Shown here piece by piece: positions 31,331-39,352 of a stretch of DNA of 64,000 nt. Under the pieces are notes generated by a model, which saw only the letters and a list, made by a program, of their open reading frames with translations, searched no databases and was not told the DNA's origin. This DNA comes from an uncultured Bacteroidales bacterium (GTDB lineage Bacteria > Bacteroidota > Bacteroidia > Bacteroidales > Muribaculaceae). The DNA lies in NCBI GenBank assembly GCA_947039275.1, contig CAMQYL010000001.1, positions 36,889 to 100,888 on the forward strand. The letters run 5' to 3'. Numbering within the stretch: the stretch's first letter is position 1; every line of letters begins with the position of its first letter. Both the position numbers and the translations under genes were made by a program.

Positions 31331-33066
31331 CAGCATCCTCACGCACACCATATCTCGTAGGCAAAGCTTTCCGCAGCTTTCTTCTCGCTTCGGTACTGAC
31401 TGCCGCAGCCTCGCAGGTGGGAGCGTTGATTGACGGACTGATGCTCAGCCGCTTCATCAACGAGGAGGCGATGAGTGCCATCAACATCACCTCCCCTGTC
31501 ACGCAGGCTCTCTTTGCCCTGTGCATCCTCATAGGTGTAGGAGGGTCGATGCTCGCTGGCATAGCCATCGGCAACCACCGTAAGGATGAAGCCTCAGGCA
31601 TCTTCTCTGTGGTCATAACCACGGCTGTCACGCTCGGCATAGTGCTCGGCATAGCCGGGATGGTGTTCCTCACGCCCCTGCTGCACCTGCTCTGCCCCGA
31701 TGCTTCGCTTCAAGGGTACACCTCGCAATATCTTGTCGTGATCCTCCCTGCCTCGGCTATATATATGCTGATGGTGGTGGCGCAGATGTTTGTGACCCTT
31801 GACGGCGAACCGCGACGTGTCACTGCCGCGGTGACTACCTGCATGGTGGTCAAACTGACGCTCGACTACATCTTCATAGTGTGGTGTGGTTGGGCGATGA
31901 CAGGTGCGGCTATCGCCACAGTCATCAGCTACTTAGGCTCTCTGTGTGTCCTGTTTCCACATTTCCTAAAAAAAGAGGCTCTACGATACACCTTGCCCCG
32001 TACCATACGCCAGTTGGGCCGCATTGCCTCCATGGGTCTGCCTTTCGGCATCGCCACAGTTCTGATAGCCGTGCAGATGCTCGGCAACAACCTTGTGGCA
32101 ATCAACTACCTCGGAGCCGCCGGCATAGTCACGCTGTCGATATGCATGTATCTGCTGCGATTTTCAATGATTATCCTCACGGGGACGCTTGAATCGTTTC
32201 AGCCCGTCGCTGCCATACTAAAAGGCTCCGGTGATAACCATGGCGTAGCACTTGTGCTCGGCAGAGCCTACCGGTTTCTGGCAGTCAGCCTCTCGGTGCT
32301 TGCCCTCATACTGATAATCTTCCCGGGTTGGATTGCCGACCTGTTTGGCATCGATGATGCTGCCTCGATGGCGATGCTCCATGTGGCACTCCCGGCATAT
32401 GCAGTCAATATCATACTCCAGTGTGCCGTATATCTGCTGATACCTGTCTATCAGATATACAGCCATAAAAACATGGCTCTGATTATCTCGTTCGGACAAC
32501 CGTTGATGCCCATGGTGTGCTACTGGCTGCTGTCGGCTGCCGTCGGCGCAGGATATGCCTGGATCAATCCGTGGTGGGGCTTCGCCATCGGGCAGCTCGT
32601 TGTGGTGTTGATACTCGCTCCATTTGCACTTACACGCAAAGGCGACCACAAGCCGTTTGTACTCATCCCGACCGACAATCCCGACGAACTCTTTGACATA
32701 TCAGTGACACCTGCCATCGACCGTATGGAAGATGCCATAGTAGAAGCGGACGAATGGATGCGCACACAGAGCTTACCAGAGCAGCTGCGTCTGCGCGTTG
32801 GACTGGCATGTGAGGAAAGCATCAAGAATATCATACAGCATGCCCTCGGCAAAAAGGCACAGCACTCAGCGATAGACATGCGCATAGCTCTGTCAGCCGA
32901 CAAAGTGACGGCTGTTATCCGCGATGAAGGCACCCCTTTCAACCCCGTGGAACAAGATCCTGGCACCGGGCTCGGCTTGATGCTCGTCCGCAAAACCTGC
33001 GACGACCAAAAGTACGAGTACCTCTTCCACCAAAACATCCTCACCATCGAGTGGCAGCGCAAATAA
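31327..33066 (+). CDS. MATE/MOP-family efflux transporter fused to a C-terminal RsbW-like HATPase domain
   Basis: 579 aa. About 440 aa are polytopic and MATE-like (..LMLSRFINEEAMSAINITSPV..). The last roughly 130 aa (..LACEESIKNIIQHAL..VIRDEGTPFNPVE..GTGLGLMLVRK..KYEYL..) are paralogous to the C-terminus of the 21463-23742 product. The ATGA overlap with the NRPS stop is at 31327-31330. Confidence 0.75.
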   Translation: MTASSRTPYLVGKAFRSFLLASVLTAAASQVGALIDGLMLSRFINEEAMSAINITSPVTQALFALCILIGVGGSMLAGIAIGNHRKDEASGIFSVVITTAVTLGIVLGIAGMVFLTPLLHLLCPDASLQGYTSQYLVVILPASAIYMLMVVAQMFVTLDGEPRRVTAAVTTCMVVKLTLDYIFIVWCGWAMTGAAIATVISYLGSLCVLFPHFLKKEALRYTLPRTIRQLGRIASMGLPFGIATVLIAVQMLGNNLVAINYLGAAGIVTLSICMYLLRFSMIILTGTLESFQPVAAILKGSGDNHGVALVLGRAYRFLAVSLSVLALILIIFPGWIADLFGIDDAASMAMLHVALPAYAVNIILQCAVYLLIPVYQIYSHKNMALIISFGQPLMPMVCYWLLSAAVGAGYAWINPWWGFAIGQLVVVLILAPFALTRKGDHKPFVLIPTDNPDELFDISVTPAIDRMEDAIVEADEWMRTQSLPEQLRLRVGLACEESIKNIIQHALGKKAQHSAIDMRIALSADKVTAVIRDEGTPFNPVEQDPGTGLGLMLVRKTCDDQKYEYLFHQNILTIEWQRK

Positions 33067-33085
33067 TCCATCAGATACTAACCCT

Positions 33086-33159
33086 TGTAGGGACATGCCG
33101 TGGCATGTCCGCTGCCAACACACGCTTGATGGGCGGACATGCCACGGCATGTCCCTACA
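33086..33159. repeat. REPIN-like inverted doublet (type 1)
   Basis: TGTAGGGACATGCCGTGGCATGTCCGC ... GCGGACATGCCACGGCATGTCCCTACA, between the MATE gene and the PPTase gene. Confidence 0.85.
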
Positions 33160-33178
33160 ATCATTCGCCATATCAATT

Positions 33179-33682
33179 ATGACGGACTACCTGATTGAGG
33201 AGATATCTGAGCCGCTGAGCCCTGGGCAACTCAGCGTCAGGGCGCGCGAGGTGCTGGGACGTCTGCTTGCCGACAGGTACGGCATCAGCCAGCTGCCTGT
33301 TATCGCCACATATCCGTCAGGCAAACCGTATTTCCCTACGCATCCGCATATCCATTTCAGTCTGTCACACTGCTCTCGGGCGGTCATTGCAGTGGTCTCG
33401 GATTCGGAGGTAGGATGTGACATTGAAGATATGCAGGCCGCAGCCGATATCACAAGCGAACTGCTGCAAGTGGCGTTTTCACTCGCAGAACAAGCTCAGA
33501 TACTCCAGTCAGCCAATCCGGCTGTGGAGATGACGCGCCTTTGGACCCGCAAAGAAGCCAATATGAAACGCACCGGGAGCATCCCCGACAACCCTGTCAA
33601 CTGGCTGTCGGAGATGCCCGGTGTGTCTACGTCTACCTGCTGCGAGGCAGCGAAAGGCTACATATATTCAATCAGTCATTGA
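33179..33682 (+). CDS. 4'-phosphopantetheinyl transferase (Sfp type)
   Basis: 167 aa from the internal ATG, with GKPYF...HFSLSHC and GCDIE motifs and ...WTRKEA.... The upstream part of the ORF-track entry is a translation of the REP palindrome. Confidence 0.85.
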   Translation: MTDYLIEEISEPLSPGQLSVRAREVLGRLLADRYGISQLPVIATYPSGKPYFPTHPHIHFSLSHCSRAVIAVVSDSEVGCDIEDMQAAADITSELLQVAFSLAEQAQILQSANPAVEMTRLWTRKEANMKRTGSIPDNPVNWLSEMPGVSTSTCCEAAKGYIYSISH

Positions 33683-34049
33683 GATGCATGACCAGCTCCT
33701 CTACCGAGATGCCGAGCATCGACATCTCGTGGCGGAGACGTGGCAGCGTGTCAGCGAAAAACTCTTCACGCAGTTGCTCACGGATTATATCCTTTGCCTC
33801 CTGAGCGACAAAGCAGCCCAGACCGCGCTTCTGATATAGGATGCCGAGAGCCTGCATGTCGTCATAGCTCTTCAATACCGTGCGAGTGTTGACCGCCATG
33901 GCAACCGACAGTTCCTTGACCGACGGCACACGTCCGTCAGTCTGCCAATCGCCTGAAAGGATGCGGCTGTAGCAGTAATCGGTAATCTGCCGATAAATCG
34001 GTTTTGATGTGTTGAAATCCACTATATCTGACGGTTTTTGATTTTCCAA
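33672..34049 (-). CDS. GntR family (YtrA-like) transcriptional regulator
   Basis: 125 aa: ..KPIYRQITDYCYSRILSGDWQTDGRVPSVKELSVAMAVNTRTVLKSYDDMQALGILYQKRGLGCFV.., a winged-HTH GntR signature with a short effector region. Confidence 0.85.
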   Translation of the reverse strand: MENQKPSDIVDFNTSKPIYRQITDYCYSRILSGDWQTDGRVPSVKELSVAMAVNTRTVLKSYDDMQALGILYQKRGLGCFVAQEAKDIIREQLREEFFADTLPRLRHEMSMLGISVEELVMHLND

Positions 34050-34849
34050 GCTGTTAATATAATCAACACTACAGCGGTCACCATCCAGCCAATCGATGAG
34101 CCAACCACAATCGGCATCATCATATCATGGACTACAGTATCAGCAATCGCTTCTGCCTCCGCGGGATCCACATCCTCATCCGCAAACTGCTCTGTCATCT
34201 TGTAAAAAATCACAAATACAGTATAGGAAATGAGGCCAATGTAGACAATAGCAGCGATTATAACATCCCAGACGATGGTTTTCAGGACGATATTATACCT
34301 GAACAAGATCACGAAAAACAGGGTGAAAAGAGCCGGCACAACGCCATTCATGTAGATATTAAGCCTTGTAGATACCAATGTTTCAAGGATGGGCGGCATA
34401 TCCTGCTCCTCAAACACCTTCATGGACATCATCATAAACTTGATATTGACCTCGCCAGGCAACAGCTCCATACTCAGCACCGGAAGAAGCATAGAGAGAA
34501 GAGGTATCACTATTACAGTATAGCCTATCACGAATATGCTCTTGGCCACCCATGAGATTGGCAGTGTGATGTCCAGAGCCCTCGAATTATAGCGTGCGAA
34601 CGACAGAGGGGCAAATATCATCATGAGGCTGACGATAAGCGCAAGTGTTAGATACAGCAATTTGAGATTATAGTGCGATGTCACTGCCAACAGCACTGCT
34701 ATGACAAACGATGCAATCGCATACCATATCACCTGCCACTTCAAGCGAGGCCAGTAATAACGGCACGCATACGCAATCTGGTTCCAAAGCCACGGCACAG
34801 GCACAGTCATAGCGGCAACAGAGTTATTGTCATTCATTTTCGGAATCAT
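34022..34849 (-). CDS. polytopic membrane protein, putative permease partner of the adjacent ABC ATPase
   Basis: 275 aa with about 6 TM helices. It overlaps both flanking genes of a YtrA-style operon. No recognisable motif. Confidence 0.55.
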   Translation of the reverse strand: MIPKMNDNNSVAAMTVPVPWLWNQIAYACRYYWPRLKWQVIWYAIASFVIAVLLAVTSHYNLKLLYLTLALIVSLMMIFAPLSFARYNSRALDITLPISWVAKSIFVIGYTVIVIPLLSMLLPVLSMELLPGEVNIKFMMMSMKVFEEQDMPPILETLVSTRLNIYMNGVVPALFTLFFVILFRYNIVLKTIVWDVIIAAIVYIGLISYTVFVIFYKMTEQFADEDVDPAEAEAIADTVVHDMMMPIVVGSSIGWMVTAVVLIILTAWKIKNRQI

Positions 34850-35681
34850 TTAACAGGTGGATTATTCGTTCACGAGCAGGACTGAAAACTGCATTGTAGA
34901 GTAAATTAAGGTCCGGCTTACCGTCGGCATCGGCATATTCGCCTGACATCTCAATGACAGCACGGTAAAGGCCAAGACGCATCTCGCTATAGAGTGCTCC
35001 AGGCAGAGGTTGCACCGAGGCAGTGAAAGCGAGGCGCGATGCCACACGCTCCATGGTCGTATTAAACAGCAACACTCCATTTGAAAGCATAGCCACACCG
35101 TCAAACAGGTTTTCCAGATCCTGCACTGTATGCGTAGACACTATGACAGTCTGATCCATGTCTATGGATGATGCCATGATATTACCGAGAGTCTGCTTAG
35201 CCTTGATGTCAAGACCGTTGGCAGGCTCGTCAAGCAGCAGAACCTCCGTACCCAATGACAGCGCATAAGCCAGCTGAGCCTTACGGCGTGTGCCAAGCGA
35301 CATCTTCATAAACGGCTGCCACTCGTCTATACCGAAAGCCTTGAGGTTGGACTTCAGGAGCTCGCCGTTAAACCGTGGATATAAAAAGGCATGACACTTC
35401 ACCATCTCTGCCATATTTTTTGCCGGGAAAGTCATGTTGTCGCCTAAGAAAAACACATCGCGCATCACTTCGGGGCGGTGGGTGGCGACATCAATGCCGT
35501 CAATCAGGCATTCACCGTACTGCGGACGCAGCAGACCCGCCATCACTTCAAGTAGAGTGGTCTTGCCCGCACCGTTCTCACCGAGAAGCAGATGTATGCC
35601 CGGAGGAAAGGAGGTCGTGACATCCTTAAGTGTCACGACTCCTTTACGGTAGGCAAAACTAAGGGTTTCAAGCTTAATCAT
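34830..35681 (-). CDS. ABC transporter ATP-binding protein
   Basis: 283 aa with Walker A GENGAGKTT, signature MSLGTRRKAQL and Walker B LLLDEP. Confidence 0.88.
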   Translation of the reverse strand: MIKLETLSFAYRKGVVTLKDVTTSFPPGIHLLLGENGAGKTTLLEVMAGLLRPQYGECLIDGIDVATHRPEVMRDVFFLGDNMTFPAKNMAEMVKCHAFLYPRFNGELLKSNLKAFGIDEWQPFMKMSLGTRRKAQLAYALSLGTEVLLLDEPANGLDIKAKQTLGNIMASSIDMDQTVIVSTHTVQDLENLFDGVAMLSNGVLLFNTTMERVASRLAFTASVQPLPGALYSEMRLGLYRAVIEMSGEYADADGKPDLNLLYNAVFSPARERIIHLLNDSENE

Positions 35682-35731
35682 TGCTCAGTGTACATCAGTT
35701 GTTCTTAACCAATATATTTCAGTATCTATGT

Positions 35732-36622
35732 TCACTTGACAGGTGTCACGGTGTAGCCGGCGTTCTGCAATGCCTTGATCAATCCGTTGTCGCCCACGAG
35801 ATGTCCTACACCCACGGCTACAAACACCTTGCTGTTAGGGAGGATATTGGTGGTCAGTTTCTGCACCCATGCAGCATTGCGGTTGTCAAACAGACGCTTG
35901 AACATCGGATCTTCGGGGTCGAAATCCTCATCCTTGAAAAGGACATCGGATATGACATCCAGATTTTCGGTCATGTAGGCATCAGCCAGTCTCTTGGCTT
36001 TCTCGCCGCTCTCGCTGTCGTTACGCACAGATTCCATGAGGTCGTCTACCTGGTCCATGATGGGAGCGTTCATCAGCACGTCAAACTGTTCTTCCATAGT
36101 CTCAAGTCCCTTGACAGGCTTGTTGGCAGCCTTTACGCGCTGCTGGATCTGAGTGTCAAGCTGCTCCATGGGGTTGAAGTTGGGGAAATTTTTCGCGCTC
36201 TGGAGCATGGCGAGCTGTGTCGACACCATTGCAGGCTTGAAAGCGTCGAGTTGCGCGGCGTTGAGCATGCCGCCGGTATAAGATGCGAGCAGAGAGTTGA
36301 GCGAGTCGAGCTGCGCTGCGGTCATCACCTTGGTCAGCGTAGAGTCAGCAGGAGCGGAAGCATATTTCATTGTAAGCTGCACCATCTCAGGCGACTGGGG
36401 ATTTTCGGGCATCTCCACTTCGCCGTACATCTCCTCCACCGAAGCGAGAGCCGGTGCAAAACCGCTGATGCTGTCCATCACCGAGGCAGGAGCCAGATGG
36501 TGTGTGCCGAAGAGGTAGCTGTCACCCTTTGCATCCTTGCCGCTGACGCGCCACAGGAGTTGGGCATTGGCACTACCGAGACCTACGAGAAGTGTTGCGA
36601 TGATAAGAGCTGTCTTTTTCAT
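35732..36622 (-). CDS. TraB/GumN family protein
   Basis: Signal peptide MKKTALIIATLLVGLGSANA, then LLWRVSGKDAKGDSYLFGTHHL... and C-terminal VAVGVGHLVGDNGLIKALQNAGYTV. The ATG at 36622 is preferred over 36682. Confidence 0.75.
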   Translation of the reverse strand: MKKTALIIATLLVGLGSANAQLLWRVSGKDAKGDSYLFGTHHLAPASVMDSISGFAPALASVEEMYGEVEMPENPQSPEMVQLTMKYASAPADSTLTKVMTAAQLDSLNSLLASYTGGMLNAAQLDAFKPAMVSTQLAMLQSAKNFPNFNPMEQLDTQIQQRVKAANKPVKGLETMEEQFDVLMNAPIMDQVDDLMESVRNDSESGEKAKRLADAYMTENLDVISDVLFKDEDFDPEDPMFKRLFDNRNAAWVQKLTTNILPNSKVFVAVGVGHLVGDNGLIKALQNAGYTVTPVK

Positions 36623-36859
36623 TTCTGTCTTTTTTTGAGTTTTATTTGGAATATTGTTGATTGATTTTATCGTTGTTCTCATGTAGTGATGTAGCAGTGT
36701 GCATCACTATCACGCTGCAAATGTACGGCAATTTTCCCAATTACCAAATTTTATCGCAATTTTTTTGAAAAAAATTTCTGCGAGATACGGATTTCCGTAA
36801 TATAACTCATATAATTCTTATAATTTGAGCATAAGCATGGCGATTATCCGACAAATCAT

Positions 36860-36867
36860 TAACTTTG
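36860..36867 (+). promoter_or_regulatory. candidate -7 box (TAACTTTG) for regulator A
   Basis: TAnnTTTG match 61 nt upstream of the ATG. Box, spacing and flanks are conserved with 49509-49516. Confidence 0.4.
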
Positions 36868-36875
36868 TCCCTGGT

Positions 36876-36902
36876 TGTAGGGACATGCCGTGGCATGTCC
36901 GC
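36876..36902. repeat. single REP unit (type 1) in the predicted 5' leader of regulator A
   Basis: TGTAGGGACATGCCGTGGCATGTCCGC. Confidence 0.8.
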
Positions 36903-36927
36903 TTCCCAGCCCCGTCAGTCACACCCG

Positions 36928-38568
36928 ATGAAATACCTTGCTATCTTCATAATCGCAATCGCAGCGCTGTCGGTGTCGTGCGGCAGACACGCCGCCACCG
37001 AGGCAGTCATTGACCGCGCCGACTCACTGATGACTGAGCATCCCGACTCGGCTCTGACACTGCTCAGTGCCATCGACGGCTCAGCCCTGCCCCTCGGTTC
37101 GGAGCTTAACGCCCGCTATGCCCTGCTGCTGACTCAGGCACAGGCAAAGTGCTTCAAGACCCCAGCTGACGATTCGCTCATATCCATAGCTGTTGACTAT
37201 TATACACGCCACGAAGACCTGCTGCAGCTGACCAAGGCGCATTTCTATCGCGGGAGCGTGCAGTACAAAGCCAAACATTACGCCAAGAGCCTGATGTCGA
37301 TGTTTCAGGCTCTGGAGCTGGCGCGTGAAGTGGAGTCCGATTTCTGGATGGGGCTTGCGAGCCGCGGAGTCGCCGACGTGTATCTCGCCACATATAACGG
37401 AGAGGAGGGAGTGCGATACGCACAGAAAGAATACGAGCACTTCCGTCGCGACAAAACCCAGCCATACCTAAATTACGCACTCTTAGATCTCTCAAGAGCC
37501 TACAATAACTCATGTAGATACAAGGAATCCATACCTATCTGCCGACAAGTTGTTGACTCAGCCCGTAAGCATGATGACCCATATCTTGAGCATGAAGCAT
37601 GGGGAACAATGGGACGTTCACTGATGGGAGCACAAAGATATGCAGAGTCAGCCAAAGCGTTTGAAAAAGTTTGCGTGTCAGAATACGCCACTGCCGAAGA
37701 CTCATCATACCTTGCAACCATGTATGCAAAATCCGATCGCTTGGATAAAGCCATTGATTTATATCATGCAATAGGAAACCGAGACACTACCCTCCAGCTT
37801 GACTGGCTGAAATTTGAGATATATGTACGCATTGATTCTCCATATCGTGCCATAAAATCCCTTTTAAAACTTGACACCGAACATAATGACATTATAGAAA
37901 ACCGCATAAGCATCGATCTTACGACATCGCTGCTTGATTATCATACCAATCTTCGACAGGAAGCAGAGCGTTCACGCGATCTTTCATACATGTTTATCGG
38001 CGCCATGACCATAATAGGTCTGCTGATTGCCTTTATTATTTATGTGTGGATCAAGCGGTATCGGCAGCGGCAAAAGGAAAAGATAGAGCAAGGATTGGCA
38101 ATGGTACAGTCTCTGAGCGATTCGCTACAGACCAAATCATCAGAGTGCATACAAAACCGCCAGCTTATCCATACCCTGCTCCGCAAGAAATATGTCCTGT
38201 TTGACCAACTGTGCCGTCAGGTATATCCCCGACAGGACATCGAAGCTACCAACCGGCAGCTCTATCAGACCATCACGGACTTCGTAAAAGAAATCCAGGG
38301 CAATGAAACAAAAACCGATGAATTGGAGGCGATGGTCAATCAGCATATGTCGGGTCTGATGACTGATTTCAAAGCGGATGTCCCCAAAGCCAACAAGACC
38401 GATGCCAAGCTGTTCCTGTTTTCAGTCTTAGGCTTCTCAGACACAGCCATCGCCATGTTTCTCGGCAAAAAGCAGGTAAGAGCCGTCTACGATTCGCGCC
38501 GCCACCTCAAAGACAAAATCAAAGACTCCGGCTGTCCCAACCCCGACCGCTACATCCAATACCTATAG
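36928..38568 (+). CDS. membrane-spanning regulator: lipoprotein signal + TPR-like periplasmic domain + TM + coiled coil + C-terminal LuxR/GerE-like HTH (paralog A)
   Basis: MKYLAIFIIAIAALSVSCG lipobox, a helical-repeat region of about 340 aa, TM MFIGAMTIIGLLIAFIIYVWI (about 37984-38052), and C-terminal ..LFLFSVLGFSDTAIAMFLGKKQVRAVYDSRRHLKDKI... The architecture is shared with 49581-51242. Confidence 0.65.
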   Translation: MKYLAIFIIAIAALSVSCGRHAATEAVIDRADSLMTEHPDSALTLLSAIDGSALPLGSELNARYALLLTQAQAKCFKTPADDSLISIAVDYYTRHEDLLQLTKAHFYRGSVQYKAKHYAKSLMSMFQALELAREVESDFWMGLASRGVADVYLATYNGEEGVRYAQKEYEHFRRDKTQPYLNYALLDLSRAYNNSCRYKESIPICRQVVDSARKHDDPYLEHEAWGTMGRSLMGAQRYAESAKAFEKVCVSEYATAEDSSYLATMYAKSDRLDKAIDLYHAIGNRDTTLQLDWLKFEIYVRIDSPYRAIKSLLKLDTEHNDIIENRISIDLTTSLLDYHTNLRQEAERSRDLSYMFIGAMTIIGLLIAFIIYVWIKRYRQRQKEKIEQGLAMVQSLSDSLQTKSSECIQNRQLIHTLLRKKYVLFDQLCRQVYPRQDIEATNRQLYQTITDFVKEIQGNETKTDELEAMVNQHMSGLMTDFKADVPKANKTDAKLFLFSVLGFSDTAIAMFLGKKQVRAVYDSRRHLKDKIKDSGCPNPDRYIQYL

Positions 38569-38645
38569 CACCCTCACCACCAAAATAGAGAGTGTTGCAA
38601 AACCACCAATCCACCTTCTTGTAGGGACGCGGCACAATGCTGTCT

Positions 38646-38925
38646 GCTTAAGATTATTTCGCTTGTAAAGGCGCGGCGTAGCCGCGGCAGGAGTAGTAGC
38701 CACATGCAAGCAAGTCGTCAGACTTGTGAAGCTTGTGGTCTATAGTCCCCCATCATATCCCGGCGGCGTCAGCTGCCGGGGCTGATGCATGCGATTGCCC
38801 CGGCAGTTACACCGCCGGATTTCCATTAGATCCGTTTTCCACAAGCTACGCAAGTCTGACGACTTGCTTGCATGTGGCTACTACTCCCCTCGCGGCTAAC
38901 ACCGCGAGCGTTAAGAATAAAGGGT
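38646..38925. repeat. large nested inverted repeat (about 50-bp near-perfect arms)
   Basis: GGAGTAGTAGCCACATGCAAGCAAGTCGTCAGACTTG at 38690-38726 pairs with CAAGTCTGACGACTTGCTTGCATGTGGCTACTACTCC at 38851-38887. There is an inner hairpin CCCGGCGGCG...CGCCGGG-like and flanking small hairpins. Confidence 0.75.
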
Positions 38926-38954
38926 GTTGCAGAACTCAAAAAACACGCCGCAAA

Positions 38955-39036
38955 TTGTAGGGATGCACCCTGGTGCATCCGCCAACACACTGATAATCAG
39001 TCCATGGATTTCGGCTGCGCCATGGTACATCCCTAC
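38955..39036. repeat. REPIN-like doublet (type 4 stem GGATGCACC/GGTGCATCC; right unit degenerate)
   Basis: TGTAGGGATGCACCCTGGTGCATCCGC ... GCGCCATGGTACATCCCTACA. Confidence 0.65.
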
Positions 39037-39061
39037 AATTTAGAATTATGCAACACACTCA

Positions 39062-39352
39062 GCCGTGTGTAACTCCAGACACGGTGGATACGTCTCCGAC
39101 GTGACTATGGCCTCCGTGGGAGGCACACATGTTAGGCAGTGGTAGGGCTGGTTGTAGGTCAGCTTTACCACTGTACAAGACGCATCCCCCAAACAATCCG
39201 TCGCTGTAGGCGGCGCACCTTGACGGCACGGGGCTGTGCGCCTCCTACGGAGGTGTTTTTGGAAGGGGGCGGATGTCGGCACAGTGGTCATCCCAGCCTA
39301 CAGCTTGGCTGACCACTGCCTAACATGCCGGCCTCCTACGGAGACCAGCAGC
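39062..39352. repeat. large nested inverted repeat with internal GTAGG-type units
   Basis: CATGTTAGGCAGTGGT (about 39131) pairs with ACCACTGCCTAACATG (about 39311). There are several GCCTCC(G/T)(T/A)(G/C)GGAGG hairpins, and ACGTCTCCGACGT is shared with the 20273-20674 element. Confidence 0.65.

Noticed and set aside
33672-33682. 11-nt convergent overlap of the PPTase and GntR gene 3' ends as a regulatory feature
   Set aside because: Short convergent overlaps are common in compact bacterial genomes. Nothing in the sequence indicates a specific antisense mechanism.
35681-36664. 327-aa ORF on the plus strand
   Set aside because: It is antisense to the TraB/GumN-like gene. The minus-strand product has a signal peptide and family motifs, while the plus-strand product is His/Leu/Val-rich without motifs.
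38733-39291. ORFs 38733-38960, 38872-39072 and 39046-39291 in the repeat block
   Set aside because: They lie within nested inverted repeats, are Ala/Pro/Cys-rich and have no start context or motifs. They are treated as non-coding.
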